DNA of 62,467 nt, filler included, from Dugesia japonica (GCA_001938525.1; 5 parts of 5 records of this genome joined end to end with filler, not necessarily neighbours in it); one strand, 5' to 3'. Counted from the whole stretch's first letter, positions 12,838-26,308 are shown. Numbers and translations are program-made. The notes: a model not told the origin generated them from the letters alone.

Positions 12838-12918
12838 ACAAATCGAGTTTATTGATTTGGACAAATCGCGTTTATTGATTTGGACAAATCGAGTTTATTG
12901 ATTTGGACAAATCGAGTT
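12838..12918. repeat. 23-bp tandem repeat, about 3.5 copies
   Basis: Unit acaaatcgagtttattgatttgg. Confidence 0.9.
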
Positions 12919-13564
12919 ATGTTTTTGTTTAAAATGATTTAAAATGTGATTACGAAAAAATCAATAGGATATTATTAAGAGATTGTTTATTATTAATTAT
13001 GATTCAGTGATTCGTTAAATCATTTCGAGTAAAAAAACATGGAAAACTTTTATTTTCTGTTTCGTTTCCAATGAGTATTTATAAATTGGGATCAGTGTCG
13101 CCGTAAGCGGGACTTCAAAGCCTGTGTCGTACACGGATGCCACTGTGGATAGGGTGTCATGTCATCAATTTGATTATCAAATGATTTACATAAGTCATAA
13201 AATGAAACAATTAAAATTTAAATAGAGAAATTCTTTGAAATTAATTTTTTTTAGTTTTAAACAATAAATGAAGAAATAATGTTAAAATTAACTGCTATTA
13301 TTATACTGAAAACCTTCAATTATGATAACAACACAGAAAAATATTGAGTAGCATAGTCAGAGCATGCAGCCTGGCGTACTATGCTTCGTTGACGCAAAAT
13401 AAAACTAGTTTTAAATAATCTGATAAATTTATTATTATGTAGATAAAGATCGGCGTTGAATTGTTTGATTTATTGTTGTGTTAATTTGGAACTCATTAAT
13501 AATATCAATAAATTTGATATTTGTAGTATTATTCGAAAATTATTTGTATGATATTGTTTATTAG

Positions 13565-15451
13565 TTTGAAAAAGTTTCTAATCAATTGCGGGATTGCGAC
13601 CGGAAATTCCGTGAATTGATTAGTGAAAAGGATGATCTCGATGAAACAATGAAAGTAAAAGAGCAAAAGCTGTCTGTGTTACAATCGGAACTTCAAATGG
13701 TAAATGCTAGAAAGTCGGATTTATCTTCGGTATTTCATATTAAAAATGAATTACACTGAATTATCAATTGTTAGACGGCAGAGGCAAATATAATCAGTGA
13801 TAATAGAAATAAAATAATTTTGCTTGAACAAGAATTGATAGTTAAAGGTGAAATGTTAGAAAAACTCGAAGCAGACAAGTTGAATTGGCAGAATAGTATG
13901 GATGATGCTAAAATAAAATTGGTTGGTTTATTGAATTAATCTTTGATATTTTTATACTATTTAATTATATTAATTAATTAATTTGAATTGATTAATTTAG
14001 CGGGAATATTTTCAACAATTTATCGATATTTCACAATTTATTGATTAATTTAGCGGGCATATTTTCAACAATTTATCGATATTTCACAATTTATTGATTA
14101 ATTTAGCGGGNNNNNNNNNNNNNNNNNNNNNNNNNNNNNNNNNNNNNNNNNNNNNNNNNNNNNNNNNNNNNNNNNNNNNNNNNNNNNNNNNNNNNNNNNN
14201 NNNNNNNNNNNNNNNNNNNNNNNNNNNNNNNNNNNNNNNNNNNNNNNNNNNNNNNNNNNNNNNNNNNNNNNNNNNNNNNNNNNNNNNNNNNNNNNNNNNN
14301 NNNNNNNNNNNNNNNNNNNNNNNNNNNNNNNNNNNNNTTTATCGATATTTCACAATTTATTGATTAATTTAGCGGGCATTTTTTCAACAATTTATCGATA
14401 TTTCACAATTTATTGATTAATTAGCGGGCATATTTTCAACAATTTATCGATATTTCACAATTTATTGATTAATTTTATTAATTTGAGAATACACAGAATT
14501 TGTGTAAAATTTTTAAATTTTTGAGAATTGTTAATAAATAAAATTATTTTTAATAAACTTTCACAATTTGATAATAAAAATTTTACACAATGGAGAATAT
14601 CATATATATAGAGACATAAGAACTAATAGATTTGTGTGATGCATTTTCATTGGTGTGCGTTTTTTGTTTTTGATTCTGTTAATACTGATGAGAGGAAATA
14701 CTCGAAAGGTGCCCATTAATGGATTGTACATATTCTATTGATTCATTCAGGTACATCTGTCTCGTAATTCAGTGGTGGACATGATTACTACTTCTCGTTT
14801 TGTTGTTCGGAAACAGTAACGAGTTGATTTGTTTGTAAATCTAGGTAAACCAAATTGTCGTTTTCTCATCATTTTATTAAAAATTTTTATTATTACTAAT
14901 TTCCGGTAAAACTTTAATATTAACATTCTTCTGAATAATTCTGCACTCGAGAGTGGATGATGTGTTCTATTTCGATCGCTCAATATTTCTAATAAGTGTT
15001 CAGTTTAGTGAAACATTATTGATTATCAGAGAATCTTACTCTATTAAATGGCATCTTGTGCTTTAGAAATATCGGAACAACAAAATTTGAATATGTGGAA
15101 TTCTTCCACTCTTCAAACATAATTTTCAATTTTGATCGTTACTCTGATTATGCTAACTATTTCAAGTTCTATTATACTTTCAAGCTTAAAAATGTTTTTT
15201 ATTTTATAAATATAAAATGTAAATTTTAACGTAATTAATAATAATCAATAATAATAATAATCAATGATAATAATCAATAATAATAATAATCAATAATAAT
15301 AATAATCAATGATAATAATCAATAATAATAATCAATAATAATAATCAATAATAATAATAATCAATAATAATTATAATCAATGATAATAATCAATAATAAT
15401 AATCAATAATAATAATCAATAATAATAATTATTATAATAATAATCAATAAT

Positions 15452-15487
<36 letters not shown>

Positions 15488-18400
15488 CAATAATAATAGT
15501 TATTATAATAATAATAATGATCAATAATAATAACCAATAATAATTATAANNNNNNNNNNNNNNNNNNNNNNNNNNNNNNNNNNNNNNNNNNNNNNNNNNN
15601 NNNNNNNNNNNNNNNNNNNNNNNNNNNNNNNNNNNNNNNNNNNNNNNNNNNNNNNNNNNNNNNNNNNNNNNNNNNNNNNNNNNNNNNNNNNNNNNNNNNN
15701 NNNNATAATACTGTCAAATATTGATTAGTAATTTTAATTAGCTTGATTCTTCTACATAATTTTCATCGGATATATTCTATTTTCATTTATTAACAGTTCT
15801 AGACACTCATCAGGCGTCATCATAAAATAAATTTAATAGTCTATACAGAGTCGATAACTTTGTCCGATAATCCAGTGTTTATTATTTTAGATAAATTTTT
15901 TGGAAAAATTCACTATTAAACATTTATTGAATTTTTTAATTGAATAGGCGCAAACAATAAACAATTATGAGAAATTGCGGGTAGATGATAGACGTCGCAT
16001 CGATATGCTGACTGAAAAACTTGATGTTGCTAAACAAAAAGCAAACTCTATCCAAAAAGATCTGACAGAATATAAAGTAAAAGCTGCTAATATTCTTCAA
16101 ATGAAAGAAAAGGTAATTAAAATATGAATTATTTTTTCGTTATTCGAGTTTTTAATAATGTAAATTGATTTTTTGGCTATAATTCTCCCAGGAGTTGAGT
16201 TAATGGAATATATATATATATATAACAGAGAATCCATTTCGATATTTAATAATATTTATCATAATTGTTGTATTCGATGAATTAATAAGGACTGCTGGAA
16301 TTTATCTAGTCAGTTATGATGGTATTTATGGATTATTTCTCGGGTAAATAAGTGCTATTATAGTAATTATGTTTATGTATCGATCCTATTACAAATATTT
16401 GGGTTATTTTGCTACACATTTTTACTGTCAAGCCTTAATAACACAACATTCTGGTAACATCGTTTCTTTAATACGTCTTCAATTGTTTTCAGATTGCCTG
16501 TTTTTTTTTTTTACGAGTGTTACATTTACTAATAATAACAATAATCAATAATGATAATCACTAATAATAATAATTAATAATAATCAATAATTATCGATAG
16601 TGATAATTAATAATAATAATCAATAATGATAATTAATAATGATAATCAAAAAAATAATCAATAATGATAATAATAATAATTATTATTGTTGATAATAATA
16701 ATTAATAATTATTGTCGATAATAATAATTAATAATCAATAAAAATAATCAATAATAATAATAATAATCAATAATGATAATCAGTAATAATAATATATAAT
16801 AATCAATAATAAAATCAATTTCATTAAAATAAGAAAAACTTTCGATCAAAATAAAATTTCTTTGTAAAAAGATTCAAATTTTCGACATTAGTCTTCTTCG
16901 GGAACATGTTGGCTTCTTGAGATACTCAATGCAATAGATCTTTGTTACTCAATTCTTTAAATTTTATCGAAATTTTATTGGTTAATTTTTTTTAATTAAT
17001 ACAGAAAAGTCTTTTAGATATTTTAGAAATATTATACTAAGTATATTATATCTAAGTATAATATATCTAAAAGACTTTTCTGTATTAATTAAAAAAAATT
17101 TTTGAAATTTTTTGAGTTTAGTTGATTTAAAAATAAAAATTAAAATCATTAAAATTAAAAGTTTAAAAAAATTAACCAATAAAATTTCGATAAAATTTAA
17201 AGAATTTGTTAACAAAGATCTATTGTATTGAATATCTCAAGAAGCCAACATATTCCTGAAGAAGACTATTGTCGAAAATTTGAACTTTTTTGCAAATAAA
17301 TTTTGTTTTGATCGAAGCTTTTACTTATTTTAATGAAATCTCAAATGCGATCAATGGTTAAGTCCAACAATTATTTTCACAATAATTGTAAATATATAAT
17401 AAAATCAATAATTAATAAAATTATTTATTTATAAATTCATTTATTTATAAGTTTTATAAAACAATAAATTATTCTTAGTTTTATTATTAATCGATTTTCG
17501 TGATTTTAAAAGTATTTGTATTGCTATTTTAAAAAAATTATATTTTATTTAGTGGTAATTTTTTAAATTTATTTATATAAAATTTTACTAGTGAATATTT
17601 ATTTGTGTAATTGTGGCTGCGTAAATAGAATTTCAGTAATTGTTAATCACCAAAGTGAAGATAAATCATATGTTCTATTTAGTAAAAATTGATGTTGATG
17701 ATTAAAGGGGATAATTCTTTTTCATGGGTTTGTACATTCTGCAGCATTAAATTTTATTCTTATTTAACTTATTTTACAAATATTCAACTCGTGTCATATG
17801 GATTTCAAATAGCGTTTCATTGGTTATTGCCAAGTGAAATTATTTTGTCATAAAACTAAAATATCTACAATTATGCATGTTTTCAAGTGGCACATTAAAA
17901 TTGTTTATAAGAATACATTTTGTGAGATTGATTTCCTTTAACTGAACAAATAAAACTAAATAATTATAATGAATTGTAGACTTTATTGAAAAAATCATTT
18001 ATGTTAATCTACGAATTTCTTTCGCCCACGAAAAATTCTTAATTTATATATTGATATATTAGTAAATAAGGAACATTTTACCTGGTTTCTTTTTTCTTTT
18101 TGATATTCATTTAGGTAATTGCCAGTCTTAAAGGAAACGGTGAAAGAATTGATGATAAATATTCTTATGGATCGTACTCTGAAGATTTGCAACAAGAATT
18201 ATCTAACATGCGCCATGAATGTGATTTGCTAAGGGAAGAAGTGGCCAGATGTCGTGTTGAATCGGAGCATAAAGATTTTGATTTACAGGAATTAGATCAT
18301 CAAATGCACACTGAAACAGAATCGTTACGAAAAAATCTCGATCTTATGGAAGAGCAATTAGAACGTGAAAGACAAGTCAGTTTTTTTTAGTTCACTTGAT

Positions 18401-21400
18401 TTAATTTTCATCTGACTTTATCACCTTATCAAGAGTGTTTCCTTACTTTATAATCATATTAACAATAAATTTATTATAAAACAATAATATCATTAACTGA
18501 ATAAAATATATTATAAATACATTTCAGAATTTTACAAAATCTTCTCTAGATTTATGAAAATTATTTTCAATATCTCTTATTTTTCATGAATAACGAACAA
18601 GAAAACATTGAAAATGACATTATTTGTCATGGAAATTGATCATTTGGTTGTTCAAATAAAATATTAGAAAGATTAAGTGTATGTGTGTGTGTTAAGTTAT
18701 TTCAGAAGTTCGTTGATTAAAAAAGTAACAATGCATAGAGATTATTTCAAGCGAAACGGGAACGTAAAATAAACCACAAAACTGCGTTTCGTATAGTAAA
18801 TTCTTAATACAGAATATTTACAGCTAAAGTTTCTAATGAGAACATCAAAAATATAAATGAGGAAATGATTTATTTAGTGAAATAAAGAATATGAAGTCAA
18901 AATGGTGTGAAATTTCTAGGGAAAATCCGAATTACAATGGAAAAGCATTTATTGATTGATAGGATGAACAATGTTGTTTGGGTTGAACTAATACGAGAAT
19001 ATATACCATATATTTTGTGATCAATTTCTTAGTAGATGATTGAAAAAATTGATTTGTTGATGAATCCGGATTTGATCTTTATCCGAGGAGTACCAGAGAA
19101 GTGAACGAATTTGTGTTGTAGTCCAAACAATAAGTTGTGTGGATATTACATTATTGACTACGATAAATGACTGTTGTGTGGTTCATTATTCAGAAACATT
19201 TCCAGGAATTGGACGAAGTTTTAATATAAGAGATGGAACAATTGTTTGATAATGTCAGTTTGTCATTTATCTTCATTATATAAAATTACAATAGCATGAG
19301 TAGTTAATATTATAATTATAGTTTGTGGCAAAATTATTCTGCACAGTTTTATTTGCGAATCACTTATATTTCATATTTTCAATGCATTTTAATCATGTTT
19401 AAAATAAATTTCATATTTAACTTGAAATATTTATCAGAATTTTTACTTTTTGTACAAAATATTTTGTGGAAAAATTAAACTGGATACTTATAGAAAATTC
19501 ATTGAAATAAAAGCTTCGATCGAAATTTGTTTTAGATCGAAGCTTTTATTTTAATGAATTTTAAAAAACGATCAATGGTTACGATTGTCCAACAATTATT
19601 CTCGCCTCAATAATTGTAATTGTGAAACTTATAGAAAAATTGGATGTAAACTGCATCATGAACCTTTTTCACCAATTCATTTGTATTTTTCGGTGGTTCA
19701 TCAGAATAAATTAAATCTGAAATTAATTTCCATACGTTCTCACGATTTCGTGGACTACTCAAAAACTAAAATGTTTTCGATTGCCATTCAACGTCTAACA
19801 ATGTTAGCAGTATGAATCCTGCTATTGTCTTGTACGATAAAGAAATTGCTATCACTCTTTGACTTCTTAAGTGGTAAAAGATGCTTACTAAGAATATCTA
19901 TATATTGAGGAGATTTATAAACTTTTTGGATTTGAGCCACAAATATGAGTCTATTTGACATTTGACATTCCCGAAACCATTGACGTCATTTTGGGGGACA
20001 TAGGGGGGCTGCTGTTCTCTAAATTTAGAATTAGTATGAATTTATACAATAGTATAATTTACATTTGTTACCATTGATCACTGGAAGTGAACCAATGATC
20101 AAAATACCAAATATAATTGGTTATTAGAATTCTATTGACATAGAATTATTGGTTAGAAAATATCCTTTTCAAATATATAAAAGAGATATTTTAAATAAAA
20201 AATGTCTAAAAAATTTTCTACTTGTAAATCCTAAATTTATCAATAATTGAGAATTAAATATTTTCATAAACAAATATTATACCTAAATTAGAAATAATCC
20301 TGTATTCTATTACCATATCATATATGTATTGATATGTCGATCTTAATTTCCCAATAATAAGGAAAAATATTTTTTCGTTTATTTAAATATTGAAAAAACA
20401 CAAGTATTTTATATTAGAAAGCATTGAAAACAAAATTTTTCCACCGTTGCATTTTCTTTAAATTTTTAAGTTTGGCGGCCCATATGTACAGCTGTAATAA
20501 TAAGTATTAATGAGATAACAGTGTATTCCTAGTGAGAATTATTTATAATTAAAACATAGAAATTATCTGGACAATCTAGAGAGAACATTTTTTTCGTCAC
20601 TGAAGAAAGTATAGATCCAGTTTCGCTTCTTGCATAATAAAATTCTAATTTTCTTTTCATTTAAATTTTTTCACGGTGTTTTTTTATTTTAATTGCCAAA
20701 TCTTTAATTATTAACTGGAAATTTACTTTTTTACTGGAAAATTTTTTTTGTTTATAGGTTTCTTTGGTTCAGGTTTCATTTTTATATTCTTGTATTTATG
20801 AGATAATATAAATCCAAACTAGATTTTTCCATTTTCATTGGGATTGCAATTTTTCTTATGGAATAACCAGCTTGTGATAATTTCTTCACATCATATCGGA
20901 ATATATTTCGAAAACAATTAAATTTTAAAAATTCACCAAAATATTAAGTGTCAAATGTAATTGTCCCTTCAAAATTTCCAAATAATATAATAAATAGAAA
21001 ACAACTTATTTTAAAGACTATTAAAAATGAAGTATAATTATTATTTAAATACGAATGAAAAGTGTATTCCCGGTGAGAATTATAGAACTAAAACTCTCAA
21101 GAATAATTTAGCAACAACTATAAATTATCCTTATATTAATTCTCTTAATACTCTTAATTCTTTTGAATTTTACTTTGAAAAGTGATATTAATTGTATAAA
21201 AGTTATTATCTGAAAATCAAAATAATTTATGCCTTCAAAATTCACTGAGATTGCAGTTTGATTAATTACGAAAGATTATTTAGAAAGTTGGTTTATTACT
21301 ATTAATGTATGATTATCAAAACACCTTTAAAACTCAATATTAAAATAAATGAAAAACAATTCATTCAAATATTAATTAAAATTTCTTATAACTATACATT

Positions 21401-23495
21401 TTTAAAAGTTTCTTATATTGGGTTGGAACAAAAGTTTTTAGAGTTTTTACAATAATTGTGTTTGAACATCTAAACGAGATTATATTGTTGTGTGAATATT
21501 TGACTTATTTTCTGAAAGAGCTTGTTTTATTGCTACATTTGAAATTATTAATAAAAATTAATTTTTAATTTCGAAATTACATAATCATCAAACAAAATGT
21601 AAGAAAATAGAGTCATTTCAGGCACTTGATGTTATATATTCTTCCTAAAGAAAAAAATGGTTTCCAAACGAAAAGGAAGATTTGTTCTGTTTACGGAGAT
21701 TATGCTTTTGCTGATAGCACAATTTATAAACAATTAAAAAAACGGGAAATTTTGATTTTGAAGACCAAGATTGTCGTTGATGCAATGGAACAGACAATTC
21801 GGTTTTGATTTCTATTCTATAACATGCTGGAAGGCGTTTAAAATGACTTGAATACATCAATCGTTATGGTGTTTCGATTCCGTATCGGTTGATGAGAACA
21901 AATAGTTTTTTCGTGATTCAATTTGCGATTCCTTTTTAAAAACAGAAACGATCTGCTTTTGATAAAGAGATTTACAAGTAATGAAAAATGGATTATATTT
22001 AACAATCCCAAGCGTAAATATGCCTTCAAATAGTAGTACAGGACGCGGTGCACATCCCGATAAAGAAATGCTCTGCCTTTGGTGCGATTGAAAGGTCATT
22101 TATATATATTATGAACTTCTTACACACGGCTAGACCTTAAATCTCACAAAATACTGCTCCAAATTGGATCCATTAAAACCTGCCATTGTTATAATTGTTA
22201 TTGTATTGGCTAATGGAAAGGATATTCTTTTTCATAAAAATAATTCAGGTCTTTGATGACTGGACAGAAAATTGCTAAATTTGATTGGAAACAAATAAGT
22301 CACCCACCATATTAACCAAACTTAACGCCTTTCGATTTTAATTTATTTGGATCGCTGCATAACTCTCTAAGTGGGAAAATTTCAAAACTCCAGAGGTATA
22401 CAAAAACCTCCTTGACCAATTTATATCCCAAAAACTTCTTGGAGGTTCACTTTATGAAGCTTCCTCAAAAAAAGTTACAATTAGTCGGACAAAACGGTGC
22501 ATGTTTGACCGATTAGATATTGGTTTAAAAATTTTATTTGACTTTAACTTAAAAACTATAGACGTTTGTTCCAATCCAATATTCGACTCGTTTTTTAATT
22601 GTTTCATCTTTAATACAAAAATTCAATATTTTAAGTGTTTATAAAATCGCAAATAATATTAGTAGAAATGAATAGTAATTATTAATTTACATTAATTGAC
22701 TATTTAATTACTTAAGTATTATTTCGGCTATAATTCGTGTATTCAAAGTCAACTGGCAATACCGATTAGAATCGGTATTAGCTAAAAATTATTCATTAAA
22801 TTAAAATTTTAAATATAAGTTGCAGAATTTTTGTTTTTAAATAGATTTGTTAAAAATTTGTACGAGACATTAAACTTCATATCGTGGTGTTTAAATATTA
22901 ATTTATATTCTAACTCGTTGTGTGTGGCATGGCGCCAAATATTTCCATTTATTTTCCTTTGATTCCTGGGTTGGAATATATTGTTTCTGTGATGTTAACC
23001 CCAAAGCGCCTTGCTGATAATACGGTTCATTTTAACTGCATGGAATATACTTGGCCATGTTGCCAATTTTAAATATCAAACGGTCTTCTACGATAGAAAT
23101 TCGAATAATATTAATATAATTTAAATTTTAAAGAGTATTTTCTTTATTTTTGAGATTTGAGAAAATGTCTCTTTTTTGTAAAATACATTTTTTTAAAATG
23201 TTTTTTACTTTTGACATTTCAGTTACGTGAGGATGTTGACAGTGATTATCGACAATTAACAAGAGAAAATAGGCATTTACAAGACAAATACATGAGGGAG
23301 AAAGCTGATTTCCATGATCATTTGGCTGCCAAAGATGAAGAAATTTGTCGTATGAGACAAATGATTTCGACAAAACAAGCCAACCAGACTGACCAAGTTA
23401 TTGAACTTGAAGCTCGAGTGCGATCTTTGACAGACACTCTTATTCAAAAACAAGCCGTTTTGGAAGCTAACAAGGCTGATTATCACTCCCTACAA
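13565..23495 (+). CDS. GOLGA5: Golgin-84 (golgin A5) ortholog, partial; exons 13565-13729, 13775-13921, 15948-16112, 18115-18375, 23223-23495
   Basis: All junctions are phase-0 GT-AG and give one open frame. DDLDETMKVKEQKLSVLQSEL, LTEYKVKAANILQMKEKVIASLK and ELEARVRSLTDTLIQKQAVLE match golgin-84 motifs. The 5' and 3' ends are not in this scaffold. Confidence 0.85.
13988..14472. repeat. 53-bp minisatellite in GOLGA5 intron (spans a gap)
   Basis: Unit ttgattaatttagcgggcatattttcaacaatttatcgatatttcacaattta. Confidence 0.9.
14675..14723 (+). ncRNA. Hammerhead-like motif with damaged cleavage site
   Basis: tctgttaat-a-CTGATGA-GAG(gaaata)CTC-GAA-AGGTGCCC-attaatgga, with a 9-bp stem I. Confidence 0.55.
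15235..15710. repeat. (AAT)n/AATC microsatellite
   Basis: Seen directly; a second tract lies at about 16530-16815. Confidence 0.95.
16820..17395 (+). mobile_element. Hammerhead/tail element copy B (longest; ~170-bp inverted arms, each with a ribozyme core)
   Basis: CTGAAGA-A-GAC(tatt)GTC-GAA-AATT-T-GAA at 17256-17284. Tail at 17348-17392. TSD ataataaaatcaat at 16806-16819/17396-17409. Confidence 0.85.
18720..19270 (+). mobile_element. Decayed IS630/Tc1-like transposase
   Basis: FVDESGFDL...R and LFDNV motifs; many stops. Confidence 0.55.
19498..19626 (+). mobile_element. Hammerhead/tail element copy C (shortest inversion, no ribozyme retained)
   Basis: Inverted arms of about 25 bp plus the tail. 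TSD acttatagaaaa at 19486-19497/19627-19638. Confidence 0.85.
19650..19960 (-). mobile_element. Tc1-like transposase 3' fragment
   Basis: YIDILSKHLLP...FIVQDNSRIHTA...ENVWKLI. Confidence 0.75.
21418..22579 (+). mobile_element. Full-length decayed mariner in GOLGA5 intron
   Basis: TIRs ttgggttggaacaaa / tttgttccaatccaa flanked by TA. Motifs include TSNEKWIIFNNP and HPPY*PNLTPFDF. Confidence 0.9.
22925..23066. repeat. Small element with imperfect ~25-bp inverted ends
   Basis: tggcatggcgccaaatatttccat / atggaatatacttggccatgttgcca. Confidence 0.5.
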
Positions 23496-23699
23496 GTAAG
23501 TAGTGAAGTAATTTGTGTTGAATTAACTATTTCTATTCATCAAAAGAAGTTCTTTATATATAAGTTTAAAATAAATATCTAAATCAGTTCATCTTTTAGG
23601 TTTTTCAAATTAAAAGTTTGTTTTTTAAAAAACTTTAAATTTATTTATACAAATATCTTAAAGAAGTCAATCAAATTTATGTTTGCTATTTTTATCTAC

Positions 23700-25060
23700 A
23701 TCTTCCCAATATTTCCCCCAGATTTCGATACCATCCCTATATCAGACACTCAGTTTTAAATTGATAAGCCGAGTTATCGTGTTATTTTGCCAAACATTTT
23801 GTTCTCAAGGAAATATTGAAGAGATCTGAATAAATATTATCTAGCCTAACCTCTTGATGATGGAAAATTATTTTGTTACTATTGATCAAAGCATGCCTTT
23901 TTACAATTAGTGCCTCTCTCATAGAAAAAACGGTTAAGAATATCACATTAGAGCTCTGAGTTTATTGTCTGACCCATTTCCAGCAATTCCAAATGAATTA
24001 CTCCTTGATTATCCCAGAAAACACTCAATAATACCTTTGGATGAAGTCCTCATTTGGACATTGGCATTGGAGTTTGTCCTGGAGATAGCCTTTGGTCTTT
24101 ATGTGAATTGTTATGTATTATCCATTTTTCTCTACAATCACAATCCATTTGAAGAATGCTTCATTTAGATCTCTATTGACTAGTTAATGGTATATCTGGG
24201 CTCACGAGGAACCGAAATACCGTACCTATTTCTTTTCAGGATCTTTTTATTGTGGTTCCATACACTATTGACATTACTCTGTTGTAGAACAGATAATTCT
24301 TGTAATGCTTGTTTTGGGTCTCTTTCGATAATGGCATTGAACACATCATTATCCGCCACAGATTGTCAATGCCCGTTCGGCTTTTTATCCACACTAAGAC
24401 TGACAGTACGAAATCTGTCGAACCATTTTTACAATTGTATTACTATTGTTATCAATTGTTATCAGAAACACTCGTTGACAGTTGACTATTTAAACCAATA
24501 ACACTAATTTTAATAACATTAAATTTAAAAAATCGGTCAAAATATTGTTTTTATTTTATTTTATATTTGTATTTTTAGTTCTTGATAGTATTTCTAATGT
24601 TCTACTTTGTTTTTGCCAAGAATTGACTTTTCACGAGATTCTGGAAACCTCTCTCTATTAAAACAACATCTTCCAAATATTTCATTGATGTCATTGGTTT
24701 TGGTCTCATCGTCTATATTCTATCTTCCGTCATCACTGCTTGGGTGTTCTTCTTTTTACTGGCGAATTATTTATACGTTCTTTCTGTCTATCCTCTTCCA
24801 CTCTGTTTATGTATGGTTTCACTACATTTCCATAACTCATCTTTTTTTGGTATCATACAGATATCTTCCTTATCTGTGATTCGTGGATAATGTTCCTTAT
24901 CCTTGTAAATCTGCGATCTTGATATCAGAACGTGTCGTTAATGTTTCTATCAAGTTTTATTTTTCACTTTGAGAGTACGTCATTAACTGTTTTATCTTTA
25001 CTTAATCCTTAGTATTTCTATCCGGTAACATTATCTATCCGATTTCTTAATCTCATTTCG
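23700..25060 (-). mobile_element. Highly decayed LINE (RTE-like) RT remnants
   Basis: Residual IKR.VR..I.SDLFNI.L and LINL..SDI motifs; purine-rich minus strand. Confidence 0.35.
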
Positions 25061-25494
25061 AAAGTTGCAAATATTTTTTTCAGTTTCTTGTTTCACTATA
25101 ATTAATTCTACAATCAGCTCTGAATACGATTTTTTTTAATCATAAATATGTCTGTAAAGCATCTTTTGGCTTCCTTTAATGTAACCTCAATTTTTCTGAG
25201 ATCTTTGCAAAGAATTCCTACTCCACCTGACAATAGTAAATCGAAAATATCCAAAAAATTGAAATCGTTAATGATAGCCCATTCATCAATAGCCATAAAC
25301 CATTTAAAGCTTCTTTTGCATCTTTGCTATCATAGCTTTGGACATTGAAATTGATTAATTCTTGTGCTTTGTTGGTTACACATCTAAAATTGCTTTCCGT
25401 TGATGTTGTTGTCTTAATACCGCATTCATAGTTCTGGCGTGGTCGTCAGTTACATTACTCTTGTCATCTATCATAATTTAACAATAACTAAATA

Positions 25495-25577
25495 CAGCCG
25501 AACTTCCCTATAACTTCACGCATCGAGACAGGAACTGTGTGACGTTATAAAGAGGTGACGTTAGGGAGGTCCGACTG
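25495..25577. mobile_element. 83-bp pogo/Tigger-type MITE
   Basis: TA-cagccgaacttccct...agggaggtccgactg-TA. Confidence 0.75.
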
Positions 25578-25629
25578 TACTTAGAATATTTACAGAGTTT
25601 CCCACTTTTTAAAGTAATCATTTCAAAAT

Positions 25630-26030
25630 GTTAAATAAGCAAGGAGTTTTTTCGGTTCTGCTGCAATATGATTTCATGGAATTGTCCTTCAAACAGCACA
25701 ACCTTTGCCATTCAATATCCAAACATTTTGAAAATTTTGTAACTGAATTATGCGACAAATTTGAGATAAACGGCGTAACCAATGACATTCTTGCCTTACA
25801 TAAAACACCAGTTGTAGAAGAAATTGTACGCTGGGTCGGTGTTCTTGCCTCCATATAGCCCGCAACTAAATCCTATTGAGAACGTATTTGCTAAATGAGA
25901 AGTCAAAACAGTCAAACACAAGTTGAATTACTAAGATACATTCCAGAGTGCCACAATGAGATCACCAGCAATAATATATTCGGTTATTATTCCAACTTGC
26001 GCAATTACTTGTTAAAAGCAATTTTAAGAG
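25630..26030 (+). mobile_element. IS630/Tc1-like transposase 3' fragment
   Basis: LHKTPVVEE...VFLPPYSPQLNPIENVFAK. Confidence 0.75.
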
Positions 26031-26094
26031 AATAATTCTGAACAGAATTTTTTTCTTTTTGTAAATGCTTTGTTTCTTTGTTTTAGGTTTTATT

Positions 26095-26208
26095 GATTTC
26101 ACATTTGAAATGATTATTTACCATTTTGGAATGATTATTTACCATTTGGAATGATTATTTCACATTTGAAATGATTATTTACCATTTTGGAATGATTATT
26201 TACCATTT
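26095..26208. repeat. ~20-bp composite tandem repeat at scaffold end
   Basis: gaatgattatttaccatttt variants. Confidence 0.85.
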
Positions 26209-26308
26209 NNNNNNNNNNNNNNNNNNNNNNNNNNNNNNNNNNNNNNNNNNNNTTAATTAATTAANNNNNNNNNNNNNNNNNNNNNNNNNNNNNNNNNNNN
26301 NNNNNNNN
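26209..26308. other. Artificial scaffold spacer
   Basis: N44-TTAATTAATTAA-N44. Confidence 0.95.

Noticed and set aside
15790-15820. Minus-strand CTGATGAGTGTC
   Set aside because: No complementary stem II or correctly placed GAAA follows.
23965-25348. Hydrophobic plus-strand ORFs in the track (also 46459-46647, 16982-17215)
   Set aside because: They are antisense shadows of purine-rich transposon remnants or low-complexity DNA.
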